Shown here: piece after piece, positions 26,077 through 41,657 of the stretch
How positions within the stretch are numbered: position 1 is the stretch's first letter
How the letters are laid out: each line of letters begins with the position of its first letter
DNA from: Euprymna scolopes
Taxonomy: Eukaryota
Length of the DNA stretch: 64,000 nt
NCBI GenBank assembly: GCA_053919585.1
Contig: CM132819.1
Direction: 5' to 3' (one strand)
Notes under the pieces: generated by a model
Told to the model about the DNA's origin: nothing
Database searches by the model: none
The model's input: the letters and a program-made list of their open reading frames with translations, nothing else
Made by a program: the position numbers and the translations under genes

Positions 26077-28234
26077 TATATTTTTATATGTTCGGTTGAA
26101 AAAGTTCGATCTATTCTTCCTTGATTGTTTGGTTGTACTTACCAATAATTACAAATCGACCCGAAGCGTTATTACTGATCAAACAACAAAAACAATACTT
26201 TTGTATTTAGACCTTGACACAATTTATGAATATCAAGAAATGCAGAATGGTTATTCAGTTTGAATATAATATTCCTCCCACCTGGGATTCGAGACGAAAG
26301 AATTGCGAATAAGATAAAAGCGAAAATGCCGTCAAATAATTTTAGAATTTGCATATTGAAATTTTCTATAATTAATAATCATTATTCATTGGAAAAGTGA
26401 GAATCACGATCGATAAACTAGGAGATCCATCTGTTGAGAGATAGATATAAAGAGATTTGTTGGCATCGTGTTTCTCCACAGAGAATACTACTCTGCCTTT
26501 AGCGAACGGTAAAGTGGACAATTCAAAGAGATTAAAAAAATAAAAATAAAATTAATACTGGCTACATAAAAATAATAATAAAAAAATACTGGCTACATGA
26601 AATCGGAAACACCACGCCATTGTCAGATTTGCTTTTGTGAGCAGAAATTTTCAATGCATTTAAATTTGAATTTGATTCTGTCAATATTGTAGCAAGAAAC
26701 AGAAATCAAATTAAAGAAAAATGAAATCAAAGAAATTAATAAAATTTCTATTTTCTATTTTTTCTCAAACTTCTTTTGCTCCATCTTTTTCCTTTTATTT
26801 TTCATCAAGTACGTAATAAAAGAGTATTGGTCGTTAAGAAATGATTGTTCATTTCGAACCGAGAAACAAGATGGCTGCCTTTTATTTCTATGAAAAGTAA
26901 AAATAAAATCAAATGTTCGTTCAATGATAAATAATAAATAAATATTCAGTTAAAATTAAAAATGTAACTTTTATATTTTGCATGTCTTAATTATTCACTA
27001 TTACTTAGTCTGATGAAACAGCTTTTGCAAAATATTTTTTTATTCAATGAAAACTCACTTTTGATAGCTACAGAAAGCTAGCAATTCTTTCATATCTTTT
27101 GCAAAAAAATTTCATTACTCATTACATCATATGTTTTGCTTGCTTTTCTCTTCCTTGCACATTCTAAGGAGATATTCTATGAGAAGTCTTATTTATATTC
27201 CTAATTGCAAAACGGAAAACACTAGAACACAGAACGAGCAAGCAAGAAAAAGAAAACTGTTTAATGCAGAATTTATCCTATCGGCGAAATATTAAGACGG
27301 ATTGAAAGCACTTATTGTTAGTATTTTCAAAAGGAAATTCCTTAAAGAAATTCCTAAAGGTCTGAGAAAAACTCATCGACGTTCTTGAGTTTGGATCTTA
27401 CATCTTTAGAAACAGTTCTTTATTCCTTATTTTATTGATTAATATTTTTCTTGGAAATAAATTCAGGCTTTTACAGCATATGAATATCTTATTTGTGCAC
27501 GAAAAACTTAATCAGTTGTAGATTTCTAGATTTTTGAATCCAATATCTAAGGAAAGTTCCTTTATTTGATTTATTTTTCTTTGTATTTATCTTGAAAAAG
27601 ATTTTTTTTATTTTTGCTATCTAGTAAGTCATATGACAAGTTGCAGGCAAAAGGGAATTTTAATTTCGTGCTTTTCAAGTTCTTCAAGCATTCATGGAGA
27701 TAGAAGCAATGGAAAATCTTAAAAGAGACTTATTCGCAAGTGGATGGATATTAAGCAATAATTAGGTCAAGGATTTATTATTGACGTTTTCAAGCTGACA
27801 TTAATTTAGAATTTTCTATTATTTAGAATAACATCATTCAACACATGGTGCTATGAAAAAAGAATTCATTAATTCGTACATCATCGTTACATAGAATTTC
27901 ACGGTAATTCCTGAAATCCTACCCGGATTGAGATAAACTATAAACTTTTTTTAGTTGATGACAGTTATTTTTAGTGTTGATTTCCACTATTTCCATGAGA
28001 CCGGAAGTATCGATTGTAGATTAATATATTGTGTTATTTTTAATAAAATACCCGTTTACATACGTAATCTTGTCATGGGGAAATATAGAAGCTTCTGTCT
28101 ATGGAATTCTTGCATTCGAAATTGGGCACTTAAGAAATTTACTATTGATCTTAATGATATACAAAGATTTATTTCTAGTTTCACATGACTATCAAGGCGG
28201 CTGCATCATGCTTGAGTTTTGACTGCGAACAGCG

Positions 28235-28286
<52 letters not shown>

Positions 28287-29698
28287 CGCCTTTAAATAGT
28301 AATATCTGCAGAAAAGCTAGTACACGTTATTGCCATAACAGAACATGTAAATACTGATTGCAACTAATCTCTAACTTTTTAACACCGATTATTTTAAGAA
28401 ATTATCTGTATGAGCCTCCTCGCTGATCTATGTTGTGGGTACATGAGCAATCGAACGAGTAATGTCATCTTAATGCCAGGTTGAGTTGAAATTATAATAG
28501 TAGTTCAATCTGTAAGGCATCAACAGAGATACGCATCATTTTTTATATTGGATTAGATATCCTGACAATGAACACAAAACTCGAGAAATAGACACTTAAA
28601 AGAGAAAGAAAAGAATTGCACCAGTGTGGAAATAATAACTATGTTAAAGTATTTCGTGAACAAAAGTTCTCAATAAATAAGAGGAGTGGCAGCGGTAGAA
28701 GTTATATCTGTATGAGGATGAAGTCTCGCACGATATTACACTGTCAGGTGCATACAATCACTTACATTACAGATGTTAACCTTCAAGGCACTCTTCTGTG
28801 AGTACCTAATGTTAATAAGAGATCCGTGAGATACCAATGCCAACACGCAGATCGAAATGCTATAAAATTGCCTTTTTGTTCATAATGGAGGACAGTCTGT
28901 TCATATCGTTTCAAACAGGTGCAAAAAAAAATATTGAGCGATTAACCTTTGACACTCTTGCACCTGTTAGTTATTACTTTCGAAACGTTTCATTGGATCA
29001 TTCGAATTAACACCTACATTTACCGCCACACTACTACAAAATAATCACAAGAGAAAATATCAAAACATTCTTTTTCTGAACCTGTCATTTTAGATGACTT
29101 GTCAGGAAGGCTATAAACAGAAGGATAAAGGTACCAAAAGGGATAATCTTCGCACACCAAGGTCACACAACTTCAAGTTCAGAGTTAGGATAGCCTAAAA
29201 CAAATGCAAACAAAACAAGTTAAACTCTTTATCTCTAAAGGTACAGTAACCACCGCTCCCCCTGGGAAACGCGATTGTCACGTAAAACTGTCCCCTGTAT
29301 TGTCCCTGCCTGTCACAAACGTCCTCTGCCTGTTCCCATAAAAAATGAATAGATGCCGACCTCATCTACCACAGCCTTAAAAAACTGTTCACATTTTACT
29401 GCTTTTGTTTTTTTAACACTGTTATTTCTAGATTGACCTTTGACATGAAAGGGAAGGTAACTACCTACATTGTTACATACACCCGGCTAGGACGAAGTAA
29501 TAATTATTGTAATACATTTTTAAATGAAAAGGGTGCAAACACATTCTATACTATATCGAATCCAGAAAAGAAGCGCACTTAATGATATGAACCCTCATCC
29601 GCGAAGGTCAAGGTTTACAAATATAAAGCGAATAAATAAAACACTTCCTGTCTGCATGCGTGTCCAGATTAAGCATGAAAACTAATATTTATTTACAG

Positions 29699-29701
<3 letters not shown>

Positions 29702-29775
<74 letters not shown>
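29702..29775. repeat. Long (TA)n microsatellite (longest of many in the window)
   Basis: Directly visible. Other tracts lie near 1549, 1903, 3591, 12898, 17647, 22354, 28238, 32199, 35299, 39881, 40120, 52597, 60666 and 63708. Confidence 0.97.
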
Positions 29776-29778
<3 letters not shown>

Positions 29779-32186
29779 GGTTAAACTTATATTCAGCAGG
29801 TAAAAGTCTAAAGAATCCTTATCGTGTTTATATAACAGTGCTCAATAATAAATAAAGCTGTTTATTATAAAGATCTGCATTTATAAAACATTTGGCTACA
29901 TATTTGCGAAGCAAGTTTCAGTCACAACTATAGGAAACCATATACTTTCAAATCCAACGTCTTTTATTAGGATATTATGAATTTTTCTCTTCAAAATGGA
30001 TACGTGATTACTTCAAATTACCTTAATATATATATATATATATATATATATTTCATTAAGTTAATTTTTTAATCAGCTAAAACTCCAACCTAAAAATTAT
30101 TAAATCGAACTTATGCAGGAGGGGCATCACTTAAGCTAACATGTGGTCGTCTAGAATCTATATGGACGCAAATGCCTCCTACAAACACGCACATGCCTTA
30201 CTAGAGAAGTTCAGATCAGGTTTTGGCAAAGTAAATACAGATACATAAATAGCAACTTCATGTTTTCATTAATATTAACCAGGTGTAAGTTTTCAGCGTT
30301 CCAAATTCTCTTTCCAGGTTTAAAGCTTTATTTTCTATTTGAAACTGGATGAACAACGATGAATTGAATCAGAGAAGATAAAGTACACGATTAACGGATA
30401 TTAAAGCATCGACTAAAATTACTTCGATTAAATTGAAGCTTTTGAAGTAGTAGTTTTATTTAGTTATTCAATTTTTCCGTTGGACGTTGGAATATGGGTC
30501 CAACTAGTTAATATTTTTGTTGATATGTTACTGAAAAGTTGTCTCTTTGTTCTGAAGCGCGACAGACAAAAGCATTGGATGAAGAGAAATTTCCCAGGAT
30601 TCGCAAGTAAATCTCTTAGAGATTCGAAACAGTTGCGAGCAGACAATGGCAATAAACTGCATTCATCAGCCCCGCATCATTTTGGAAGAATGTGACAAAG
30701 GGTGAAAGGGGAAAATATCTTCCGAACGTTTCATTAAGATGTTGAAGTTCTTCAATTCCGGAACCCTAAAAGCATTCATCAAATTCTCCAAGTTCGTGTA
30801 GACAGACCATTTCTCAACAGCTGGACAGATAAACTGACCAGCAACGGCAAAAACAGCAACCGGACGTGCAGCAGTGAAGTGGCGAGGTCAAGCTCAAGCT
30901 GTAACTCTTGAGCAAACCCCACCTAGCTAAAATTTCCTTTCCAACACTCACATGGAAGAAGAGTGGTGTTGGATACAAGGGGAGCAGGAATCAAAAGGCA
31001 TTTTCTTGTCTACGTCAGCAAGACAATAGAATGGCAGAATTCTCCAAACAATCTGCTCTTGAAGAGCTATAAATTCTACACTGTCCAAACCATACTCCCT
31101 TTCTCAAGAGGACTGCATTCAGTCTTGAAATATCGCTACCTTACATCAAACACAGTTCGATAACTGCACACAAAGGCGCTGGAGTCGGTATTGCAATCAT
31201 TCGACTCCAACAAATATTAAAAAAAGTTCTTAAGATGGCTATGTTAAATATCCAAGTATTATTTACTCACCATTAGTTATAAAAAAATTAAATTGATTGA
31301 ACCGAAAAAAGCGACTTTGAAGAGCCAGTTAAATATAAAAACAAAATTAGTCTTTCTATTAATGATATATATCTATTATTATGTAACTGCACATTCAATA
31401 ATATTACTCGTGTTAATACTCCGTTTTTGTTTTTAATCGCTTTCCCCTCTATATTATTATTGACTTATACAACCTATATCTTATATAGAATAAGATTGTA
31501 TTCGCACAAATATTGAAAGGGTGAAAATGGCATATTACTTGCAAATTAAAATACAAATATTTAAAAAAAACATAACTTAATCCCTTAATTGAGAAATAAT
31601 ATTTGGAATACCAATATAGAGAAAAAAGTATTAAGGTAGAAGGATTGACAAAAAAAAATAAATAAATAAAAACAGATTTTCATCCTGGCTTAAATCATTA
31701 ATCTCTCCAACCACAATGAACAGCTGTGATACAGTTAAAATGTCTATAAATAACCAATATATGAATAGCTAATATATTCTAACATAATTCTATGAATTTG
31801 GTGTCCAAGAAATACTTGGTATTTCTGAAAGTCGTAAGATTAAACAAATAAATGAAAAAGAAAAAGAGTAAAGGGATATATATTGTATCCAACTTGATTG
31901 TAGTGTTACATATCTATTGTTAAACTTGAAAGAAAAGTATCACTTTTATAAAATTATGGATGCAAAAAGCAAGGTGTAACGGTGACTTTGTTCGGATGTA
32001 TTGCTTGTTGAGGGAGGAAAGCCCAAACATTTGAATAAAATAAGCTAAAAAGCAAGAACTTCAAAATTGGAGAAACAGATCTGAGGAGTAGTTTACAGAT
32101 GGTCAGAGAATTAGCCTTTCAGAAAAGAATGGGATGAGAAATAGAACTGATCCATCACTAGTTGGAGGTATAACATAACAGTATAT

Positions 32187-32259
<73 letters not shown>

Positions 32260-35200
32260 CGTTTTCCAACAGATGTGGTGAAGGTTGTAAAAAAAAACAA
32301 ATTTATTTGAAAGACTGGTTTTACTTCTAAGAGAAACGCAAAACTATATATATATATATTACATAATACACAAACAACTTAACCTGGTAACTGAATCAGC
32401 TAATAGCTTTCGCTAAAAGTTGTTTTTTACAGATAATATTTTTTTAAGAATTGCTAATTTTAATTGTTTATTAATAAGGTTCTTAGACCGTTTTAACATT
32501 TTACTTCAGAGAATCCACAAATACGAACTATTTTGGGAGCAGGTATAAAAATACTGATACATTTTTTAGATTTTAACTGATGAACTTTTTATTCAAAGAT
32601 ATTCAATAATTTTTTCTAGAAACATTTGTGCAAAAGTGTTTGTTTATAGAAAATTTCTGGAACTGCTTTATTCAAAAATGATTGTCACAATATGTGGATT
32701 CCTAAATTATCACACACACACACGTTGAAAGATTAGGAATTGGTGTCCAAATTAAAAAAATAAAATAAAGATATTAAAGCAGTTCTAATAGATAAAATGG
32801 AAGGCGTTTTAACTGAACCTGTCAGAAAACTGATTTTTACAATCTTTCTCTAACGTTCTGCCATCTCTCTATCAATGCCACGTTGCTCCACTCCAGAGAG
32901 GCGAGCAAAATCTTTATAGGTTGGTTTTTTAAAGTAGGCAATGTCACAACAAAGTCTGTTTAAGAGAAAACCTTATCAGTCAGCCACATTTTCGAAAACA
33001 CATAAACACACAGGCCTGCTTTTCATCTGTAACGCATAAATGCTATAAGAATTGAGGCCAATGATTATTTTTAGCCAACAAACTCAAAATCAGGAAGAAT
33101 GTATAAACTAATCTGTACAAGCAATTTGGCAGATACAAGATTAACAAATAAAACACGAATTATCTCTCCTTGTGATCATTACTACTGGATGAAGCTAATT
33201 GTGTATTTGATATACGTGTAAGAATATTTGAATGCGAGAGGTATAAAAATCAACTTCAAATCAAAAATCGTACTCATAAGTATAACATTTAATAAATGAA
33301 TAGAACATTTCATAAAAAGGAAAGCTATGTGTATACGAAAAAACTTCGGATGAAGTACAAAGTAACACAGAAAGTAGATAATAATGTTTTTCTATTTACT
33401 TTGGCAGATGAGCTAATTGGGTTTAGTCGACTTTTGCAAAACTCCGTCTTTGTTCACTCTCTGCAAGGAATGGGTGGTTGAAGGCCAATTTTTCACACTG
33501 CATTCGTATAAGAGAATAAATCCTACAGGAGGGTGAGCAGCTATTTTTAGTGTTATTCATTGTTGCAGTCGAGAGTGGAAAACAAACTTTAGCCGCCACA
33601 TTACACATTGACACACCCTACAGTAAATGGCAGTACAACAAGAGTTATCTCCCTTTGTGATCCTCACTATTTCAGTAAAAATATTCTTTTACAACTTCTG
33701 ACAAGTTTATTTTGTTTATTTTTCTGTCAAAGCATTTTATTTTTACAAGTTATGACCACGTGACCCTTAGCTTCTAGATCTCAATCCTTTATACTACTTC
33801 TGAAACATGTTTAACCCTTAGGCTACGCTGGCTATTCATTTTTTAATACCTAGTTTTCTATTAAAAACAACTGCAAAAATGGTTTCCTCAAGGACTATGG
33901 AATTCTAACTGCATTAATCAATGAATAACTCATGGTTGAAACATGTTTGGATGGTGTAATGTATTTTAATAAAACAATTTCTTTTTCAAAGACCGTAGAC
34001 TTTCTTTCAAAACTTTTCTCAGTAAAAATGTTGAGTTTGGGTTCATTTTCAGCAGCTTCATAACTTGCTTTTCTTATTTTGTCCTTTACTCCTCACATTC
34101 TCATTCTTTTCTTTCCATCTTATGTTTTTTTAATTCCCATATCATTCCTTATTCTGCAAAGTTTTAAATGCGTTTTGGATTTTTCTAATTTTAACGAAGC
34201 AAAAATGTTGAAATTTTATGCAAATTTTCAACTGTCAAAGTTTATCAAGAGCATAGTTATTAAAAACGGACAAAACTGACCCTCGTGGGTTGCAAAGTAC
34301 ATAATTACCAGAGTCGAAATGAACCTCCACTCACCACCCTCCACTAATGAGATTGAAAAGCTAGCTACTGTCTGCTTCCAGTTGGGGACACTTTGGTTGG
34401 GTTTTGTTCTTGTTTTGAAAGTTATATACATTTTATTTTTATTTCGCTTCATGTGGTGTAATCTAAAGTGGTTTAGGTTTTTCTTTTTCAAGCAGACATA
34501 CACTGAAAACTGTTGCTATTAATGGGAGATGAGGTCACAGGTGAGACAGACACAGTGGTTATGTGCCTTTGCTTTGAAGGCGGCGTTTAGTTAAATGAAT
34601 GGCAGGGTCTGCCTTACAGGTCAGAAGATTTGAGATACTATATTGAGAAGCAAACGCTCAGTGCAGAGGTAAAATGGAAAGGAACAACAAATGAAGTTGG
34701 TTGAGAATATTCACCTGGAATTGATTATCGAATTATTAAATAAGAAAACTGAAAATTGCAACTTTTAGAATATAAGTAATCGACAGTCGTTGCTGGTATA
34801 TATTACTAGCTAGAAAGCATCACAGAAATTTCACAGTGGTTTCTACCTTAATATATACACTTTGCTGTTAATAATAATACTAGTCTTGAAATAAATATTT
34901 GTCAGGATCTTTTCTATTACAACAAACATGGCTTTTTCCGAAAAAAGAATACATAGATTATATATAATAAATAATTGGGGGTTTTTTTTACCTACAAACA
35001 TTGTTTCATTCTTATGCAATCATTAGTTTGAGAAGTGATGATTACTACTGGTCAAAGGGTTCGAACCCAGTCACTATTAACGGTTCAGTCCTGTATCCAA
35101 TCCTCAGGTCACCAAGAATTATCACAGGAAAGGAAGGAATTAAATTCTATTTATGTCGAAGCAACTGCACAAAAAGAGAAAGCTAGTCAGATAGTGTTTA

Positions 35201-35288
35201 ACAGAAGACGTAAGAACATATAAACTTTTGCTTATTTCTCACATTAGCAAGAAAGATTTATTCTACTTCAAATGACAAAACACTATTT

Positions 35289-35352
<64 letters not shown>

Positions 35353-35375
35353 GGATTAAGTATATTCGAGCTAAG

Positions 35376-35930
35376 CCCAAGGATGGAGTATTGTTGCCAC
35401 ATCTGGGAAGGAGCTGCTAAAAAGACCTTATGCATTGACAGAGTTCAAAATAGACTTTGTAGCCTTGTAAGGGATGCCCCTTTTATCTTCCTTGCAACCT
35501 CGTTCTTACAGCCTGTCTCTACGTTATCCTTTTTTTCATGGCAAGTGCTCATCTGAGCTCCAATCTATCGTCTCCCCTCGACAAACTTCCACGAGACACA
35601 CGCGTCTAGCTGAAACTACTATCAATAATTTCCCCAACTCTTTATACGTACCTAAAACAAAGTATATTCCATGAACAAAGCTTCTTTCTTAGAACTCGAC
35701 ACCTATGGAACTGTTTTCCCTCTGCCTGCTTTCCAGCTGACCAGAATATGGTCGTCTTCAAGTCCAACGAAAACAAGTTCTTAATGAGCCGTTCCTCTTA
35801 ATCTAATTTAACAAATTTACGCGTCTAACGATTCTTATGATATTGTCCCTTTGATTATTGTTCACTCTTTAACCCTTATTCTCGAATAACCACTGGGCCT
35901 TGGTAAGTGGTGAATTATGTAAAAAAAAAA
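35376..35930 (+). mobile_element. 5'-truncated non-LTR retrotransposon (CR1/L2-group-like LINE) 3' end with poly-A
   Basis: Frameshifted ORF2 C-terminal motifs PRMEYCCHIWEGA...IDRVQNRL, FFHGKCSSEL...TRHTR and SFFLRTRHLWNCFPSACFP...FKS are followed by a 3' UTR and A10 at 35921-35930. Confidence 0.8.
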
Positions 35931-38900
35931 TCGTTAGGTTAATTTTCATATTGCTTTTCAACGAGAAATTTTATTATAAATTTAAGGGTTACAAAAACTT
36001 GAGTATGTTTTAACTAGTAAATCTCATAACTTCCATCAGTTATCCCAAAACAGTGTGTTTCACATTGAAGTTGATGGTTCAAAACCATGCAATTGGGCAC
36101 TTAAAACATGGAATCAATTAACTGATGGCAATCTAATGCTGGCAGACAACACAAGTGAAATAGCATAAGTTAGAAGTCATTCACAAAATTCGAACAATGA
36201 AAAGATCAAAACTTGGTAGATACATCTAATACTTGTAATTTTTCAAACTCACTACAAAAAGTGAAATTAAAAACAAACATTTATAAGTGTACTATGCAAA
36301 TGTTTTTTTCTGGTATATCACGTCTTTAAAAATTATGCAATTCAATGTGTGTGTGCAGCTTTGGTGCACGTTACAGTGTGCAATGACTACATCTAATATT
36401 ATCTTCTGTCTCCAACGATGAAAACTAACAAATCACATGAAATGAATTCTGATGTAAACTGATCTACAGATTAACAATAAAAATAAGAAAAACAAAACGT
36501 GAACCGATTTTTAAATTCTGTTCAGAGTGAAATTAGTGAGGACATTTCACTGACAACACCGAAATGACCAAATGATGTCAATGTACTATCAAACTCTAAA
36601 AAAATAAAAAATAAAAAAGGGTGAAAAATGCAGAGCAAAAGCCTGAAATTTAGTGAAAGTGAGAATTTACAAGTAAAGAAAGCAACATCCGGATGGTAAT
36701 TTAATCTTCGATTATGCATCATGGAATGCTCAGGGATTCTGGGAAAAACCAGTTTTGCGAATCAGTCACAGTAGCGAAAAAGTGTCAAACCTGAATTGTA
36801 TAAACACTCCATGAAACAATAAGCGAAGATTTTTATTACCATTGAGGATGTAATCAAAATTCAACAGAAAAACTCATTTCGATCAATGTTTAAACATTAA
36901 CATATTTTTTAAAAGATTCTGATGTAATAACTGACAGCCATATCGGAATCAAATATCCATCATGTGTGAGAATAAGTTAAATATTAAAACCAAATATAAC
37001 CAAATAAAGATTAATTGTTTATTAATAACTAATAAACTAAAAATCTGTGTTTGGTTAACCTTAAGAGACAAATACTAGTATATATGTTAATGGACAACTT
37101 TTTTGTTTGTTTGATTTGCTGTCAAATTATTTTGAAAACATCGTTTTTTTATTTAAAATATAATGAAAACATTAAAATATTGATATTTTGTCTAATTCAT
37201 AAGAAAAAATGTTAAACTAGTAGCTGATGTTTAATAACTCTTTTTCACATGTAAAATGTTTATACTGATATAAATTGTTTAAACCTTTAATCAAAACAAT
37301 GGTATGCAACGAGGTTTCATCAATGTGGCCATTCATTGGATGGAACCAGGCATTGCAGTTACCAAATATTCTTATCACAAATCCTTTTTAATCTTAAAAT
37401 AAGCGAAATACATTTTTTTAGATTTTAGTATTAAGAAAAACAAACATAGCACCTGAAATCAAATCTGAATTCAATTTTATTTCGTTCATCAAATATAGTG
37501 ATCTTTTTTCTAAATTATTGCATTTTTATTATGGATTCCCATAGTTTTCAAAATGTTGAAATGCATACAAATATTTATTTTACTATAAAATACTATCGCA
37601 TTATGGAAATAATAAAATTATCGTTAACGAGAGAAATAATAGTTATTCAAATTAATATTACAGTTATTTAAAAAAAACTGAACCACATGCTATGAGTTCT
37701 GTTCATATGTCTGTTTAAGATTTAAATAAATACTTGTATGTATTCGTATATATTTAACTTTGGATTGCAGAAACAACTAAGAAACATGAAAGTATCTCAC
37801 TGGCATGTGAAACGCATAATGCGTTACAAGTTTAAATAAGGTAACTTTACAGCTAAAACGACACGAAACATGCATAAAGAGCTGAATCTAAAAATAATTA
37901 GGCAAGAGATTGTTTACAAAATTAAGGAATTTAACCCTTAACGATGAAAATCAATCAGCATGTTTAAGGAAAAGCTTCCTGTGGTACCACTTCGTGAAAA
38001 CTCAGAAGTATCGTTTGAAGAAACGATAACGAAGCTTACCTCAACCATACAACTGCTCATCGGATCTTCTCGAATTTGGACGGAATACTAAACTTAAAAC
38101 AAATGCATTAAAAATCCCTCAACGAACTGTGAACGTCAGACAATTCAAAGAATTACCATCTTCCAAGATTATAACAAAACCGTTATTCTTAAATATATAA
38201 ATTTTTTAATCATTTGTTTTTCCATATTACTTTATAAGTGTTAAAACATTTTTACAATATTTAAATTAACATTTAATATTCTATTTAAATTAATTCACAT
38301 ACAAGAAAATGACTAAACAAATGTAATATATAATTAAAATTTATAATACAATTTTATATCATATACAAAGTTGTGTAATTCCAATAAATGTTTCGGACAT
38401 AAAATATTAAAATAATTAGATTATTGATTATTTAATTTAGAAATAATTAAATTGAATTCAGATTAAAATCAGGTAAGCAATATTTAACATACATTTAAAA
38501 AATGTGTGAAAAAGCAAAATATTCCTGTAACTTTGTTGGCTACAGTTATAACACCAATAACCCATAGGCACAATTCAGCAAGCAGTTTATTTTAATGTTT
38601 TTTTTTTGCTTGATAAAAGCAATAAATTTATGAATAATAAACTATTTATTTAATTTTTGTATTAGTCTTACAAGAATAAGAAAAAAACAGGGTGAAGTTA
38701 AATGCAAAGCTTATCATAGCATAGATTAGTAAACCATCACCCGATTTGCAAGGAAAACGGTGTTTACATACCAATTCTGCCAAAAATTAATATAGAGTGC
38801 ATTACGAAAAAAACTAATACTATTTACTTTTTTAAATATACACAAAAATCGTGCAATGAATATTTATATTATGAAATGTTAGTAAGATTAGATAGGATTT

Positions 38901-39532
38901 TATAGGACAATTCGTTAATTAAAGGCTGGTTATAATTATTCTATCTTAAGCAAATTAATGATAATTATCGTCGCTAAATTATTGCAATGTTTTTATTAGT
39001 ATTTCTAAAAAAGATAATTAGTAGGAAAAGAATAAGGGTTGGGGAGGTTAAAAAATAGAAATTGTTTGGTAACAAAATGAAATGTAAAAAAAGAAAAAAT
39101 ACCCACCCCCTGGAAAAAATAGAAAATAAGAACAAATTTATAGAAATTAAAATCGTAAAAAAGTATTAGAGAACATTTTTGTACATAACAAATAAACATT
39201 TTCTGATTTAATATTTTTTTATTTTAAAATTTAAATGAAAATAAAACATTTATAAAGATTTGTTTTACAGAAAGCAAACAAAGAAAATGTTTACAAACGG
39301 TGATATATAAACAAACATTGAAAAATAAATCTACATAAAATAACAGTAAACATATTTTAACAACATAAAACACAGTAACAATACATAAAACATTTAAACA
39401 AGGGCATATTTGTTAGTGGTAAGAATATCTTACATGTTGTAAGCCTAATAGTTTTTAAATTAACTGTACAATAGAACATTTTATTTATAAGCATTAATAT
39501 AGCGATATACGCTATAAACTATGAATATATCG

Positions 39533-39876
39533 TATAAAGGTGCAATGCCGATTAGAACATTAGATATATAAAATGAGTACTTGTATACAGGTGTGTGTGT
39601 GTGTGTGTTTAAAACATTGATATTCGTAAAGAAAATTGAGCACTCTAAGTATCGGTAATGCGAATGTAAGCATTAAAGTAATAAGTTGCTTTTTATGGAG
39701 AGCATAACGGAAGAGCTTGCAACTGCCAAAACGGATTTCGAAACCTCGACCTGAAATACACGCCATGTGGAACCACAGAGCGGTAATATTGCCAAACAAT
39801 CATCCGTATGACATGTGTATAGGCAATAAAGAAAACATTTTTAAATTACCTTTTCAATTTTTAACGAGTTAAAATG

Positions 39877-39882
<6 letters not shown>
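39533..39882 (-). repeat. ~350-bp dispersed repeat, copy 1, with a tRNA-like segment (39724-39786)
   Basis: Highly similar direct copy at 41658-42009. The minus strand reads taccgctctgtgg...ggtcgaggtttcgaaatcc, resembling Pol III A/B boxes. Abuts (AT)n. Confidence 0.85.
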
Positions 39883-39932
<50 letters not shown>

Positions 39933-40110
39933 TATATGCAAACACCCATTTAAAAGCATATCGTCCCCACAAAACATTACCCCGGGTTTAGTGCCCAGAG
40001 ACCTTATCGCCAGATATTTTGTAAAAATCCAGTTTTCTCAGAAAAATCGTGGGTGTAAGACAAAGGTACCTTAGATTTGGGCTCTGGAAAGATAAAGATA
40101 TCATGCATCC

Positions 40111-40173
<63 letters not shown>

Positions 40174-40889
40174 TGCACACAGCAATATCTTTAGCTCTGT
40201 CTATTATTGGTGATGACAGCTGACTTAAAAATCTTAGAAAAAAACCAGTGAAGCAGCAAATTTATTCCGCACTGTTATTTGCCCAGAAAAGCCAAGAACG
40301 TGGAACAGGGGTGGAAAGAGGGAGAGAATACACCCCCCCAACACACGAAAGAAAAAAAAACAAACAAAATAAAACTAGGAGAGAACAAAGAGGTATGGCA
40401 ATGATTATATTCTTCCTTATGAAAAAATTAGCCCTCTACAAAAAAACAATAAATAAATAAAAATAAAAGTTTGGGACAGACTTTTGAAGAAAATTAGATG
40501 AAATGCCACTCGGCAGGAATAAAATAAAATAAAATGAATGGTTTCTCCAATGAGAATAAAACATTCCAATGACAAACTTATAAACAAAGGGTTTCCCTCA
40601 TCTTGCTGTTAAGAATTTAAATTACAGCTGATATGGTTGTATGTCAAACAATTCATATCTCTAAATGCTTTATCATATAAAGTGCCGTTGTTGTTGTGCA
40701 TGTATGCCCAGCTAAAGTAAAAACTGTTACTCAAGCTTTCATAAAGTGTGTACATTTTTTGATCGCCACTGGATAAATATCTAAAATTAAAAAAAAAAGT
40801 TCTTTGGGGATTTCATCTGACCGGGGGGGGGGGGCTCGCTTTTTTCAGCAATTTCCGATGTTAACTTATGTAATGGGCAGGTAAATGAG

Positions 40890-41073
40890 CTACACTATTA
40901 TTTTAATACAAAGGAATAGACTGGACGGATTTCGAAAAGATATAATAGAGAGAAATGTGGAAAATATGGAGGGGAGATAGAAAGAGGATAGAGAAAAATG
41001 TTAAAAAGATATTATACACATTGTTTAATCTCTTGTTTTTAGGGCAATGGACAACGCCGGGAAGCCCTGCTAG
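40890..41073 (+). mobile_element. Short non-autonomous Helitron-like element
   Basis: The 3' end ggacaacgccgggaagccctgCTAG|T matches the terminus family at 42044. The 5' part is ctacactattattttaatacaaag...actggacggatttcg. Confidence 0.55.
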
Positions 41074-41657
41074 TCATATAGTAATCAAACAGAGTTACCC
41101 AGTATTGCCAGAGGGGGTATATATATATATACCTAGGATTACAAAATTATCAGAAAAAAAACGAATATTAATTAACTGATTTATTCAGATAATTTAAAAG
41201 TCAGAATATACTATTATTGTTAGTCATAGACAAAAAAAAACAAAACAACAACAAAAATGAAATGTAATTTGGCGACAATTTTCCCATAGACTTGTCTAAA
41301 TGTCACTAATAGACATCTGCGATCCGAAACAAGGAATTTATTGCAAGTCACAGCTGGTTTACAGTTAAGTGTTAGTTTCAGATGAAATCTTTTTTGCCTA
41401 AACAGGCTCAAACACCTGCAGAAAGCTGTCAATTTTCATTCATCTATTGCATTTGCGCTGAGCTTATATTGTGACAAGCGGACACGGATTTTCTCATAGT
41501 TAAATGACATTAACATCAGAAAAACATCAGAAAATTTCCAGAAAAATCCTTATTCGGATTGATCAACGTTTTAAGGATATTAACCGTCAAGAGATCTCCA
41601 TTTACATCTTTAAATACAGATTGCTAATACATATTTAAATTTTGAAACATATTGTTT

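Noticed and set aside
30840-31160. Possible RTE-LINE endonuclease relic (SGVGY, LPFSRG); similar faint hints at 24940-25100 and 43280-43480
   Set aside because: Too decayed to support without a profile search.
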